The position numbers and the translations under genes were made by a program. Shown here in pieces: positions 54,636 through 64,000 of a stretch of 64,000 bases of DNA (within the stretch, counting starts at the first letter, position 1; each line of letters starts with the position of its first letter). Origin of the DNA: Deltaproteobacteria bacterium (lineage in GTDB: Bacteria; JAEEML01); NCBI GenBank assembly GCA_016283195.1, contig JAEEML010000135.1:1857-65856 (forward strand). The letters run 5' to 3'. Under the pieces are notes generated by a model. That model searched no databases. It was given only the letters and a program-made list of their open reading frames with translations, and had not been told where the DNA came from.

Positions 54636-56074
54636 AAAGCGATTTTGAATATTACACCAATGTTGAGATCATTAACAGCATCATATTTGCCGCTGAGCTC
54701 ATTTAATTGCCAGGTGCGGCTGTATTCCAAAGCCGCATAGAGGAATTTTATGATGCGCACTTTGGCCAGAGCCAGGAATAATGTGCGATTATCAAAGGAG
54801 AATAAGTCTTTTCCGCTTTGGATGCCCGTCCTGGTGTAAAAGAGAGTGAACTGCGCTCTTTCCCAGGCCGGCACATTGAGAAAGAAAGAAAAATTGGCTG
54901 CGGCGCCGGTATAACACTCAAAAATGACGCCGAATTGCACATAGTGCATGAGGTCAAAGGCAAATTCGCCGTAAAGTCCGTTTATGGTTTTATCTTTGCC
55001 GTTTAGAGTTAAATATTGGCGCTTGGTGGTTGGTGCGCGCACGTTGAGGCCGTATTGATAGCGCTCGATATCATAAAAAGAATTGAAATAATTCGGCAAA
55101 TAGTCGCTTCTGAAAACGCGGTATTCCAGGCGCATGGGGATGCTGAGGCCTTTTAATAATTTGAAGCGCACACTGCCGCTGGCGCCCAGGTGAAAACCCA
55201 TACCGGCACCGGCTATAAAGTTGATATCAAAATAGGGCATAAAGGAGACGGTTTCATTGTCAAAAACTTTAAATTCGGCATCAATACCGATGATGGTGGT
55301 ATTGGCATTCTTTTCGGCTTTGGGCTTGTTATCGTAAATTTGCACATTGCCGGCCTCATCAAAGGCGAGAGCTACTGGCGCGCCGATATCGGTGGCGACG
55401 GTAAAACCTACGGCCAGCCTTTTGGCATAAGAATCTTTATTGATAAAAGTTACGGGGTTTACATGCACTCTGGTGGCCAAAAGGCGGGTGCCGGCCCGTT
55501 TGGAACCCAACTGGAAGAGGTCGTTGGTGAGCATTTCCACGCCGCCGTAATCAAAATTAAGGTCAAAAGCAAGGCCGCTGTGGAAGGCATTGACATCAAT
55601 ATTGTTGTCGTAATGGCCGACAATGGAAAGGTGGCCGATATCGCCGGTTAATTCGCCAAAGCGCAGGTAAAAAGTCTCCCCTTTGTTGCCGAGGCGCACA
55701 TAGCGCAAAATGCGCAGCCATTCCACGCCGCCGTCCCAGTCTTCATGGCGGATTCTAAGTGCCGAATAATCATGAGTTTCTTTGGGCTCGTTATCATAAA
55801 TGCGGAAATTGAGCGGCGTTTCTATGCCGAGGCCGACCGGCCCCAGGCTCAGATTAACCCGGGCATCGAGAGAGAGAAAATGGTCGTTATTTATCATGCG
55901 GTAGCCGAGACCGGCTTCAAATGAATTTTCTTTATCTGTAGAGTATTTTAAGAGCGTTTCCAGGTGGTTAAAACCGGGAATATCGGGCTCATCCCCAAGA
56001 TAGGCCACGGCGGCTCTCCCCGGTAAGAGGAGCAAAAGAAAAATTAGAACTAAAGAACGCAGGGCAATTTTCAT
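54632..56074 (-). CDS. Outer-membrane beta-barrel protein, hypothetical
   Basis: Signal peptide (MKIALRSLVLIFLLLLLPGRAAVA), alternating amphipathic beta-strand pattern throughout and a C-terminal aromatic residue (...IGVIFKIAF). It overlaps the FecR-like gene by 4 nt. Confidence 0.5.
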   Translation of the reverse strand: MKIALRSLVLIFLLLLLPGRAAVAYLGDEPDIPGFNHLETLLKYSTDKENSFEAGLGYRMINNDHFLSLDARVNLSLGPVGLGIETPLNFRIYDNEPKETHDYSALRIRHEDWDGGVEWLRILRYVRLGNKGETFYLRFGELTGDIGHLSIVGHYDNNIDVNAFHSGLAFDLNFDYGGVEMLTNDLFQLGSKRAGTRLLATRVHVNPVTFINKDSYAKRLAVGFTVATDIGAPVALAFDEAGNVQIYDNKPKAEKNANTTIIGIDAEFKVFDNETVSFMPYFDINFIAGAGMGFHLGASGSVRFKLLKGLSIPMRLEYRVFRSDYLPNYFNSFYDIERYQYGLNVRAPTTKRQYLTLNGKDKTINGLYGEFAFDLMHYVQFGVIFECYTGAAANFSFFLNVPAWERAQFTLFYTRTGIQSGKDLFSFDNRTLFLALAKVRIIKFLYAALEYSRTWQLNELSGKYDAVNDLNIGVIFKIAF

Positions 56075-56164
56075 CTGGGCCTCCGGAGAGCCTTATGGGT
56101 AACCCGCTTTCCAGTTTACCGCAAGCGGCCGCTTTTTTACAACCGCAACTATAACTTGCCGGAT

Positions 56165-56659
56165 TTAGAAAGTATAATTGGTGCAAGAACTGCAGAATTG
56201 GCATTTGCCGGCGCAACTGCCGGGGCTACAATAAGCACAGTCGCCGCCGGAGGGGTGCGAGTACTCGTAGCCGGAGCAGTAATATTCCTTTTTGTCATTC
56301 TCGGAGCCGGTATACTCAACACAAGTATAACCAGACGGGCAGGTGGTGGTATCATCTTCGCCGGAACATTCAAGGAAACAACGGGCTCCGCCTTGTATCC
56401 AGCCAGTAAGGCCTTCACATTCGAGAGGATAACAATAGTTATAAGTCCAAATATTCCAATAACCAACGCACTCTTCCAGCCCTTCGCCCTTTTTGCTGCA
56501 TTCGCTGTCGGTCATGCAGGGAATAAGGCAGCCGCCTGTAGAAAGGACAGTGCCGCCGAGAGCGGCGCAATTATCCGGCTTATTGAAAGTGAGTTTGGCA
56601 TTAGCTCCGCAGCCGGCAAAAACGAGAACAGATAAAAATAACAAGCCCATTTTTTTCAT
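56165..56659 (-). CDS. Small Cys-rich lipoprotein (18 Cys in 164 aa)
   Basis: Lipobox LVFAGC, then repeated C-x-x-x-x-C and CxxGYxC units (CPSGYTCVEY, CSGYEY, CAGKCQFCSSC). Confidence 0.55.
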   Translation of the reverse strand: MKKMGLLFLSVLVFAGCGANAKLTFNKPDNCAALGGTVLSTGGCLIPCMTDSECSKKGEGLEECVGYWNIWTYNYCYPLECEGLTGWIQGGARCFLECSGEDDTTTCPSGYTCVEYTGSENDKKEYYCSGYEYSHPSGGDCAYCSPGSCAGKCQFCSSCTNYTF

Positions 56660-56851
56660 AATTCTACCTCCGGAATACTATCCCAGTGTAAATGGAAAAC
56701 AGGGATTCTCTAGCACAATTTGCGCATTCAGTAAAGAAATTTTACTGGAACAAGTAAAGCAAAACAATAAAAGTGTGATCATTTCTTGTTTTAACCTTAA
56801 TAGTTGACTATTCTGGCGCGGCGGAACGCCGGGTTCCCACGGAGAAGTAGT

Positions 56852-57883
56852 ATGTTTGATAAGCTGATGGGGCTTTTTAGTACAGATATTGCTATAGATT
56901 TAGGCACAGCAAATACACTGGTTTATGTGCGTAATAAGGGCGTGGTTATTAACGAACCCTCGGTGGTGGCCATTAACCACAACAGCAGCCGCACCAAGGT
57001 GCTGGCTGTCGGCAGCGAGGCCAAGCGCATGCTGGGAAAAACTCCCGGCAACATTGTGGCCATTCGCCCCATGCGCGACGGCGTTATCGCCGACTTCTCG
57101 GTCACTGAGGCCATGCTGCGCTATTTTATTGAAAAGATTCATCAAAGAAAGCACTTAGTGCGTAGCCGCCTGGTGGTTTCCATCCCCACCGGCATTACCA
57201 ACGTGGAGCGCAAAGCGGTGCGCGAAGCGGCCGAAGGCGCCGGGGTGCGCGAGGTCTATTTGGTGGAGCAGCCCATGGCCGCCGCCATCGGGGCCGGCCT
57301 TCCGGTGCGCGATGCTAGGGGCAATATGATTGTCGATATCGGCGGCGGTACTACCGATGTCGCCGTTATTTCCCTTTGCGGCATGGTTATTACCAATACC
57401 ATCAAAGTGGCCGGCGATGCCCTTGATGAAGCTATTATCCAGTTTATCCGCCGCCGCCATAATTTGCTCATCGGTGAGCGCACCGCCGAACTCATTAAAA
57501 TTACTATGGGTTCTGTCTGGCCGCTCTCGGCCGAAATGGAAGCGCGCACCATGGATATCAAAGGGCGCGATATTTCCGGCGTGCCCCGTTCCATCCGCAT
57601 TAAAGCCGAAGAGGTGCGCGAAGCCCTTTTTGATTCGGCCCGCTCTATTGTGGAATCTATTAAGGCGGCTCTTGAAAATACTCCGCCGGAAATTGCTGGC
57701 GATATCTTTGATCGCGGCATTGTTTTAGCCGGCGGCGGCGGGCAGCTGGGCGGACTCGATACCCTCATCAGAAAAGAGGTGGGTATTCCGGTATTTATTG
57801 CCGAAAATCCGCTACTCGCCGTGGTTAAAGGCGTTGGCGAAGTATTGGAAAATCTTGACCTTTACCGCCGTCTTTTGCACTAA
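56852..57883 (+). CDS. mreB: Rod shape-determining protein MreB
   Basis: MFDKLMGLFSTDIAIDLGTANTLVYV...VVSIPTGITNVERKAV...DIGGGTTDVAVIS is canonical MreB. The start is ATG 56852 with a GGAGAAG RBS; the track ORF starts at 56804. Confidence 0.9.
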   Translation: MFDKLMGLFSTDIAIDLGTANTLVYVRNKGVVINEPSVVAINHNSSRTKVLAVGSEAKRMLGKTPGNIVAIRPMRDGVIADFSVTEAMLRYFIEKIHQRKHLVRSRLVVSIPTGITNVERKAVREAAEGAGVREVYLVEQPMAAAIGAGLPVRDARGNMIVDIGGGTTDVAVISLCGMVITNTIKVAGDALDEAIIQFIRRRHNLLIGERTAELIKITMGSVWPLSAEMEARTMDIKGRDISGVPRSIRIKAEEVREALFDSARSIVESIKAALENTPPEIAGDIFDRGIVLAGGGGQLGGLDTLIRKEVGIPVFIAENPLLAVVKGVGEVLENLDLYRRLLH

Positions 57884-58047
57884 TCTAATATTTTGCCTTT
57901 TTATTTAAAGGCCCCCTTAAAATTTCCACTCTTTAATGTCACAAAAAGCTAATAATCTATTGCCGAAAGCCTTCTCATGTGCTAGCTTTCCGCCCGCTGT
58001 TCTTTTAAGCTAAGGGGCAGTGCATTACAAAATAAGGAGAAACGATA

Positions 58048-59406
58048 ATGCAGGTTGTGCTTGAGGATATTAGCTCTGTAGTAAAGAAATTAGCCATCGA
58101 AGTTGAGGCCGAAAAGGTGACGGCCGCTATTTCCAAGGCCGCCAAAGAGGTGAGCAATCAGGTTAGCGTGCCCGGTTTCAGAGCCGGCAAAGCGCCCATT
58201 TCCATGATTGAAAAACGTTATTGGAACGATATCAAACGCCGCGCCGAGGAACAGCTCGTACAAAATTCTGCCGCCGAGGCCATAAAAGAGCACAATTTAG
58301 CTGCTATCGCCACTAAAGATCTCAAAGCCGGAGAGCTGACAAAAGGCGCTAATTATTCTTTTTCTATCGAAGTAGAAGTTTTACCGAAACTCGAAATTAA
58401 TAACTATAGCGGCCTTAAAGTTAAAAAGCCGCGTGTTGAAGCCAGCGAAGAAGCTGTTGGCCGCGCTCTCGATAATATTCGCCAGGCCAATAAAAACCTG
58501 GTTCCTGTGACCGATCACAATAAAATAATCGCCGGCGATTTGGTTGTAGCCGATTTGCACATCACCGAAGGCGAAAAGGTTGTAACCGACCAATTCGGCG
58601 TGCGCCTGGAAGTTGGCAAGAGCCACCTTTTGCCGGATAACGATGCGCTTTTAAATGATCGCGAAGTGCCTTCAAAACTCGATGAAGAAGTGACTTATCC
58701 TGCCGATTTTGAAAATAAACTTTTGGCCGGCAAAAAGGTGCGCGTGGAGCTCGATCTCAAAGAGCTGAAGAAAGAAGAGCTCATGGAGCTGGGTGATGAC
58801 CTGGCCGCTGCCGCCGGTTATGAAAACTTTGCCGAAATGAAAGCCAAAGTGGAAAAAGAAGTGCTGGATCAAGCAGCTAAAGAATCCGAAAAAGTTTTGA
58901 ACGACAATATCGAAAGTGCTCTTATTGCCGCCAATTCTTTTGAAGTACCTGAGGCTTTGGTGCGCGATCGCGCCGGCCACAATGTCAGCCGCATGCTTGA
59001 GCAATTCGCCGCTTATATGCCGAATATCAAGCAGAATCTCACCATGGAACTGGTGGAAAATATGATAGAGCGCAATTTGCCTATAGCTGAGCGCGATGTA
59101 CGCATCAGCCTTATTGTGAGCGAAATTGCCAAAAAAGAGAATATTAACGCCACCGATGAAGATGTAAATGCCGAACTCGAAAATATAGCTAAAGAGTCCG
59201 CCCAGCCGGTGGCCAAAGTGCGTTCATATTTTGAAAAAGATAACGGCCTCGAGAAAATCAAGAGCTCCATAGTCAGCAAGAGAACGCTGGAACTTATTAT
59301 TTCCAAAGCCGAAATCGAAGAGGTGGATCCGGCCTCTATTGAACACGATCATGATCACGACCATGAGCACGATCATGACCATGCCGAGGATAGTGCCGAT
59401 AAATAA
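58048..59406 (+). CDS. tig: Trigger factor with a C-terminal His/Asp-rich tail
   Basis: MQVVLEDISSVVKKLAIEVEAEKV...GFRAGKAPISMIEKRY (ribosome-binding N-domain), an FKBP-like middle domain and a C-domain. It ends in SIEHDHDHDHEHDHDHAEDSADK. Confidence 0.9.
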   Translation: MQVVLEDISSVVKKLAIEVEAEKVTAAISKAAKEVSNQVSVPGFRAGKAPISMIEKRYWNDIKRRAEEQLVQNSAAEAIKEHNLAAIATKDLKAGELTKGANYSFSIEVEVLPKLEINNYSGLKVKKPRVEASEEAVGRALDNIRQANKNLVPVTDHNKIIAGDLVVADLHITEGEKVVTDQFGVRLEVGKSHLLPDNDALLNDREVPSKLDEEVTYPADFENKLLAGKKVRVELDLKELKKEELMELGDDLAAAAGYENFAEMKAKVEKEVLDQAAKESEKVLNDNIESALIAANSFEVPEALVRDRAGHNVSRMLEQFAAYMPNIKQNLTMELVENMIERNLPIAERDVRISLIVSEIAKKENINATDEDVNAELENIAKESAQPVAKVRSYFEKDNGLEKIKSSIVSKRTLELIISKAEIEEVDPASIEHDHDHDHEHDHDHAEDSADK

Positions 59407-59414
59407 AATGGGGG

Positions 59415-61229
59415 TTGCGGCCCTGCGCACAATTTTTACCCCATAGGTGCCCTGTGAATAGTAAACTGCGCAGTTCGCTCATTGTTTTGGCCTTTGTCTC
59501 GGCCATGTCCCTTACCAAACTGGTTTTCTTTTTCCTTTCCGGGAGCCTTGCTGTCTGGTCGGAAGTGTGGCACAGCTTTTCCGATGTCTCCACCACTCTT
59601 TTAGTGGCTATTTCTTTTTGGCTCTCTATAAAGAGCGAAAAAATAAAAGCCGCGGAGGTCGGCGATGCGCCTGGAGAGGAGGCTTCCACTGCCGCGTCCA
59701 CCAAAAAAAGGCGCATAAGCCGCCTTCTGGCTCATTGCCATGGCCCAAAATTTGAGAGCGCGGTATCTCTTATTATTGCCCTTGCTTTAACGGGCATCTC
59801 TATCAGTATTATTTACCAGGCTCTCTTTGGGCGCCGCTTTGTGGTAAATCGCCCGGTTCTTAGCGGTATCGGCTTTATCGCTCTTTCCTTTATTTCTTAT
59901 TTTATCTATAGATTTGAAGCCCTTATTGCCGCCGAAGAGTCCTCCAGCGCCCTAAAAGCCGATTCTCTCCACAATAGAGCCGATATGCTTATTTCACTAA
60001 TGACCGGCATATCGCTGCTTCTCTATTGGTTCGGTATTAATGTTGACCGTTATATGGGCGGGTTTATTGGACTTTTTGTCTTTTCTTTTGCCCTTGAATT
60101 ACTTGTGAACACCATCCGCAATTTGCTTTTAAAGGAAGCGAGAGCGCCCATTCCGCTCAGTTTGGGCACCATGCTCGGCTACCTTTTGAGCGCCGCCTTT
60201 TGGCACCGGGCCGCTGAATTTGGGCGCCAAAAAGTTATTCATTCTCTTAGAGCGGAAAAAATTTGGAATTTTCTTGGCCTCTTTTTTAAAAAACTCGGCT
60301 ATTGGTTGCCCAGAGCGGCGCTTACCGTAGCCCTTATTTATTATTTTTCCACCTGTTTTTATTTGGTGGATACCGGCGAAAAAGCGCTTATTTTTCGCTG
60401 CGGTTCCCTGGCAACTCATCGCCAGGCTATAGGTCCCGGCCTCCATGTAAAGTGGCCCTTTCCCATTGAGCATGTGGAAAAGCTAAATACCGAGCGCGTT
60501 TTGACATTTAACTTGGGAATTGATGTTACTTCGTCACAAAAGCTCCAAAAAGCGCGCCTTTGGTCTATCGATCACGGCGACAGTATGCAATTCATCACCG
60601 GTGATAATAATTTGTTTTTACCTACAATTTCCGTGAGTTATCATGTTAAAAATTTGCATGAATACCTTTTGAAACAGAGTAGTGCGGAAAAGCTCTTAAA
60701 AAATATGGCTCTAAAACTCTCTACCAGCTTTTTTGCCAGCCGCGATTTTTACGCCATAGCGCTTTATAGTTCCAACTGGCCAGAACAGCTGGCCGCTTTG
60801 CTACAAAAGGCCGCCGATGAAGTAGAGCTTGGGGTTACTATTGATTCGCTTCTCGTTTCCGGTCTCCATCCGCCAACCACTATTAGCAGCTCATTTGAGC
60901 GGGTTGTCGCCGCTTATCAGGAAAAAGAGACAGCTATAAATTTGGCTTACCGCACCGCCAGCAGCGATTTGGCTACCGCCCGGGTGACGGCTTATAAAAA
61001 AACCAGCGAAGCGGAGACCGAGCACGATAAAAAGATATTTTTGAGCAGCGGTGAAGCAGAGAGCTATTTGTTGCAATGTGCTGAATTTAATAAAGATCCT
61101 GCTCTTATCGGCCGCTATAAAAAATTAGAAACAGCGGAAACTGTGCTTAGCAAAAAAGACCTGTTTTTAATCGACGATAATGCCCATATTTCAAACAATT
61201 TGCTGTATTATGATATATTTAGCAAATAA
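59415..61229 (+). CDS. Fusion protein: N-terminal cation-diffusion-facilitator-like membrane domain and C-terminal SPFH/band-7 (HflC/HflK-like) domain
   Basis: TM2 SLAVWSEVWHSFSDV and TM5 LKADSLHNRADMLISL carry HxxxD metal-site motifs as in CDF transporters. The C-terminal half (ALIFRCGSLATHRQAIGPGLHVKWPFPIEHVEKLNTERVLTF...) resembles the SPFH domain. It starts 9 nt after tig. Confidence 0.55.
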   Translation: MRPCAQFLPHRCPVNSKLRSSLIVLAFVSAMSLTKLVFFFLSGSLAVWSEVWHSFSDVSTTLLVAISFWLSIKSEKIKAAEVGDAPGEEASTAASTKKRRISRLLAHCHGPKFESAVSLIIALALTGISISIIYQALFGRRFVVNRPVLSGIGFIALSFISYFIYRFEALIAAEESSSALKADSLHNRADMLISLMTGISLLLYWFGINVDRYMGGFIGLFVFSFALELLVNTIRNLLLKEARAPIPLSLGTMLGYLLSAAFWHRAAEFGRQKVIHSLRAEKIWNFLGLFFKKLGYWLPRAALTVALIYYFSTCFYLVDTGEKALIFRCGSLATHRQAIGPGLHVKWPFPIEHVEKLNTERVLTFNLGIDVTSSQKLQKARLWSIDHGDSMQFITGDNNLFLPTISVSYHVKNLHEYLLKQSSAEKLLKNMALKLSTSFFASRDFYAIALYSSNWPEQLAALLQKAADEVELGVTIDSLLVSGLHPPTTISSSFERVVAAYQEKETAINLAYRTASSDLATARVTAYKKTSEAETEHDKKIFLSSGEAESYLLQCAEFNKDPALIGRYKKLETAETVLSKKDLFLIDDNAHISNNLLYYDIFSK

Positions 61230-61241
61230 CAAGGAGTAACA

Positions 61242-62858
61242 ATGAGCACACTGACGGAGAAGCCAAGTTGGCAAAAACTCAAAAGCCACTACGAAGAAGT
61301 AAAAAACCTGCACCTGCGCGAACTTTTTGCTGAGGATAAAGAGCGGGCCAGTCATTTTACCCTGGAGGCAGCCGGCCTCTATCTCGATTATTCCAAGCAG
61401 CGCATTACTAAGAAAACCATGAATTTGCTTTTTGCCCTGGCCCGGGAGTGTCAGCTGGAGGAAAAGCGTGATGCCATGTTTAGCGGCGAAAAGATAAATA
61501 GCACTGAAGGGCGCGCCGTCTTGCACACCGCTCTTAGGAATTGCGGCGATAAGCCTATTTATGTTGATGGCCATGACGTGATGCCCGATGTGCGCCATGT
61601 TTTAGCTAAAATGGCTGATTTTGCCAGCAAAATAAGAAATGCCTCCTGGCGCGGCTTTAGTGGCAAAGCTATTAAAAATATTATCAATATCGGTATCGGC
61701 GGCTCCGATTTGGGCCCGGCTATGGCCTATGAAGCCCTAAAGCCCTATAGCGACCGCTCCCTCACTGTGCGCTTTGTGAGCAATGTCGATGGCACGCATC
61801 TCGCCGAAGCCGTGCGCGACCTTGACCCGGCGGAGACGCTCTTTATTATCGCCTCCAAGACTTTTACCACCCAGGAGACTATGACCAATGCCCGCTCGGC
61901 CCGTGAGTGGCTGGTTAAAGCTTTGGGCGAAGCGGCAGTTAAAAACCATTTTGTGGCTGTCTCCACCGCCGCCGACAAAGTGGCCGAATTTGGCATAGAT
62001 ACTGCCAATATGTTTGAATTTTGGGATTGGGTTGGCGGCCGTTATAGCTTAACTTCGGCCATCGGCCTTTCTGTCATGGTGGCTATCGGCCCGGAAAATT
62101 TCCAAAAAATGCTCTCCGGCTTTTATGCTATGGACCGCCACTTTGCAGAGGCGCCCATCGAGCAAAATATGCCGGTAATTATGGCGCTTTTAGGCATTTG
62201 GTACAATAACTTCTTTGGCGCCGAGTCGCATGTTATTTTGCCTTATGATCAATATCTTTTGCGCTTTGCCGATTATTTCCAGCAGGGCGATATGGAATCC
62301 AACGGCAAATCGGTGACCAAAGAGGGCGAAGCTGTTGATTATGAAACCGGGCCCATCATTTGGGGCCAGGTTGGCACCAACGGCCAGCACGCTTTTTATC
62401 AGCTTTTGCACCAGGGCACCAAGCTGGTGCCGGCCGATTTTATCGGCTTTGCTAAGAGTCATAACCCCCTTGGCGATCACCATGCCAAATTGCTCTCCAA
62501 CTTAGTAGCCCAAACCGAGGCTCTGGCTTTTGGTAAAACGCGGGCCGAAGTGGAAGCCGAAGGGGTAACAGGCGTTTTAGTAGCCCACAAGACTTTTGCC
62601 GGCAACCACCCCACCAATACCATTTTGGCCAAAGAGCTCACCCCGGAGGTTTTTGGTAGCCTGGTGGCTCTTTATGAGCACAAGATATTCACTCAGGGCA
62701 TCATTTGGCAGCTCAATAGCTTTGATCAATGGGGCGTGCAGCTGGGCAAAGTTTTAGCCGGGCGCATTTTGCCGGAACTCACCGCCGCCGAAGAGCCAAA
62801 ACTCAATCACGATAGCTCCACCAATGCCATTATTACCTATTTGCGCAAAGCGCGCTAA
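61242..62858 (+). CDS. pgi: Glucose-6-phosphate isomerase
   Basis: Canonical PGI motifs ([52 protein letters not shown]), 538 aa. Confidence 0.9.
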   Translation: MSTLTEKPSWQKLKSHYEEVKNLHLRELFAEDKERASHFTLEAAGLYLDYSKQRITKKTMNLLFALARECQLEEKRDAMFSGEKINSTEGRAVLHTALRNCGDKPIYVDGHDVMPDVRHVLAKMADFASKIRNASWRGFSGKAIKNIINIGIGGSDLGPAMAYEALKPYSDRSLTVRFVSNVDGTHLAEAVRDLDPAETLFIIASKTFTTQETMTNARSAREWLVKALGEAAVKNHFVAVSTAADKVAEFGIDTANMFEFWDWVGGRYSLTSAIGLSVMVAIGPENFQKMLSGFYAMDRHFAEAPIEQNMPVIMALLGIWYNNFFGAESHVILPYDQYLLRFADYFQQGDMESNGKSVTKEGEAVDYETGPIIWGQVGTNGQHAFYQLLHQGTKLVPADFIGFAKSHNPLGDHHAKLLSNLVAQTEALAFGKTRAEVEAEGVTGVLVAHKTFAGNHPTNTILAKELTPEVFGSLVALYEHKIFTQGIIWQLNSFDQWGVQLGKVLAGRILPELTAAEEPKLNHDSSTNAIITYLRKAR

Positions 62859-62869
62859 AGGAGCTTGAT

Positions 62870-64000
62870 ATGACTACCCACCACCAGAGTTTTTATACGG
62901 AAAAATACGGCTCATTAGCTCTTCTCACCGATCTCTATGAGCTCACCATGGCCGATGGTTTTTTGCAATGCGGCATTGGCCAGCGCGAGACCACTTTTGA
63001 GATGTTCTTTCGCAAAAATCCCTTTAAAGGTGGCTATACTGTGGCCGCCGGCCTGGAGCCGGTGGTGGAAGTCTTGCGTAATTTCCGTTTCTCCAAAGAG
63101 GATGTCGATTATTTAGCCTCTATTGATACCCCTTCCGGGCGCCTGCTTTTTTCTAAGGAATTTATCGAATATTTACGAGGTTTTAAGCTTACTGCCGATA
63201 TAGACGCCATTCCCGAGGGCACGGTAGTTTTTCCCCAGGAACCCTTAATTCGCGTCACCGGCCCCATCATTGAGTGCCAGATTTTAGAGACCATTTTGCT
63301 CACTATTTTAAATTTTGAGACACTTATTGCCACCAAAGCGGCCCGGGTTTGCCAGGCGACAGGCGGCGAGCCAGTTTTGGAATTTGGCCTTAGGCGCGCG
63401 CAGGGCATAGATGGCGGCATGGCGGCTAGCCGCGCCTCTTATATTGGCGGCGTGGCGGCTACTTCCAACGCTTTAGCCGGGCGCATTTACGGCATTCCGG
63501 TAAAAGGCACCCATGCCCATAGCTGGGTTATGTGCTTTGACAGCGAATTGGAATCTTTTACCGCTTATGCCAAAGTTATGCCCCATAATGCTGTGCTTTT
63601 AGTGGATACTTACGACACTCTAAACGGCGTGAAAAATGCCATAAAAGTGGGCCTAGCCATGAAAGCTGAGGGCAAAAAACTCTCCGGCATCCGCCTTGAT
63701 TCCGGCGATCTCGCCTATTTGAGCCAGGAAGCGCGCAAAATGCTGGATGCCGCCGGGCTCAAGGAGACCATCGTTATGGCCAGTAACGACCTCGATGAGC
63801 ACATTATTGAGAGCTTAAAGCAGCAAGGTGCGGCCATTGTCTGCTGGGGTGTGGGCACTAAACTGGTAACCGGAAACGATCAGCCGGCTCTGGGCGGCGT
63901 CTATAAGCTAACAGCTATGCGCAAAGATAAAGAAGCGCCTTGGGAATATAAAGTCAAAGTCTCCGAGCAGCGCATTAAAATCACTAACCCAGGCCGCCAC
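62870..64000 (+). CDS. pncB: Nicotinate phosphoribosyltransferase (3' end beyond the window)
   Basis: MTTHHQSFYTEKYGSLALLTDLYELTMADGF...LEFGLRRAQG...GTHAHSWVM matches NAPRTase. The ORF runs uninterrupted to position 64000 with an AAAGGAG RBS upstream. It is missing from the ORF track because no stop lies inside the window. Confidence 0.85.
   Translation, partial: MTTHHQSFYTEKYGSLALLTDLYELTMADGFLQCGIGQRETTFEMFFRKNPFKGGYTVAAGLEPVVEVLRNFRFSKEDVDYLASIDTPSGRLLFSKEFIEYLRGFKLTADIDAIPEGTVVFPQEPLIRVTGPIIECQILETILLTILNFETLIATKAARVCQATGGEPVLEFGLRRAQGIDGGMAASRASYIGGVAATSNALAGRIYGIPVKGTHAHSWVMCFDSELESFTAYAKVMPHNAVLLVDTYDTLNGVKNAIKVGLAMKAEGKKLSGIRLDSGDLAYLSQEARKMLDAAGLKETIVMASNDLDEHIIESLKQQGAAIVCWGVGTKLVTGNDQPALGGVYKLTAMRKDKEAPWEYKVKVSEQRIKITNPGRH

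Noticed and set aside
56123-56138. Perfect 12-bp palindrome AAGCGGCCGCTT followed by TTTTTT
   Set aside because: It is terminator-like only on the plus strand, but both flanking genes are on the minus strand, where the T-run precedes rather than follows the stem. It has no stem-loop spacer. It is probably a chance palindrome in a promoter region.
59341-59385. Tandem CAC/GAT/CAT-type nucleotide repeat that could be mistaken for a VNTR or CRISPR-like repeat
   Set aside because: It is in frame and encodes the His/Asp tail of trigger factor. It is a single short run of codon-level repetition only.
1-64000. Search for rRNA, tRNA, tmRNA, CRISPR arrays and IS elements
   Set aside because: No intergenic region longer than ~260 bp exists apart from 32853-33520. 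No cloverleaf-like GC-rich 70-90-nt segments ending in CCA were seen. There are no regularly spaced repeats and no transposase-length ORFs with terminal inverted repeats. Only the Rpn-family remnant hints at past mobile DNA.

Overview
This is a densely coding ~64 kb chromosomal segment, about 50% GC, from a Gram-negative bacterium. Several features point to a predatory deltaproteobacteria-like lineage (Myxococcota or Bdellovibrionota type): an FHA protein with a Tad locus, Myxo-type Cys-rich repeats, a MYXO-CTERM-like tail, and many sigma-54 enhancer-binding proteins.

Housekeeping genes include rpsU, rpsA, folD, mreB, tig, pgi, pncB (3' partial), mutS2, hflX, tmk, a pgsA-like gene and nnr. 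They are interleaved with accessory modules:
- Two polyprenyl-phosphate glycosylation gene sets, at 1..2581 and 10984..11952.
- Two sigma-54 two-component systems. One sits in a long minus-strand operon with envelope genes. The other forms a zraP/zraS/zraR-like metal-stress locus with a recognisable -24/-12 promoter.
- A nine-gene Tad/Flp-type (Kil-like) pilus or secretion locus (33521..42818) that ends in an FHA-domain membrane protein and lacks the ATPase, secretin, CpaE and prepilin peptidase.
- Immediately upstream of that locus, a 73-bp near-perfect direct repeat flanking a remnant of an Rpn-family recombination nuclease gene and a nested GC-rich hairpin.
- A secreted S8 protease with Myxo-type Cys-rich repeats and a C-terminal sorting tail, next to a large Cys-rich lipoprotein and an SspB-like ClpX adaptor.
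- A four-gene operon: secreted protein, class-3 lipase, small membrane protein and HNH nuclease.
- Trigger factor with a His/Asp tail followed by a fusion of a CDF-like membrane domain and an SPFH domain.

No rRNA, tRNA or CRISPR array was recognisable. All functional calls are made by eye from motifs and sequence resemblance and need database confirmation.
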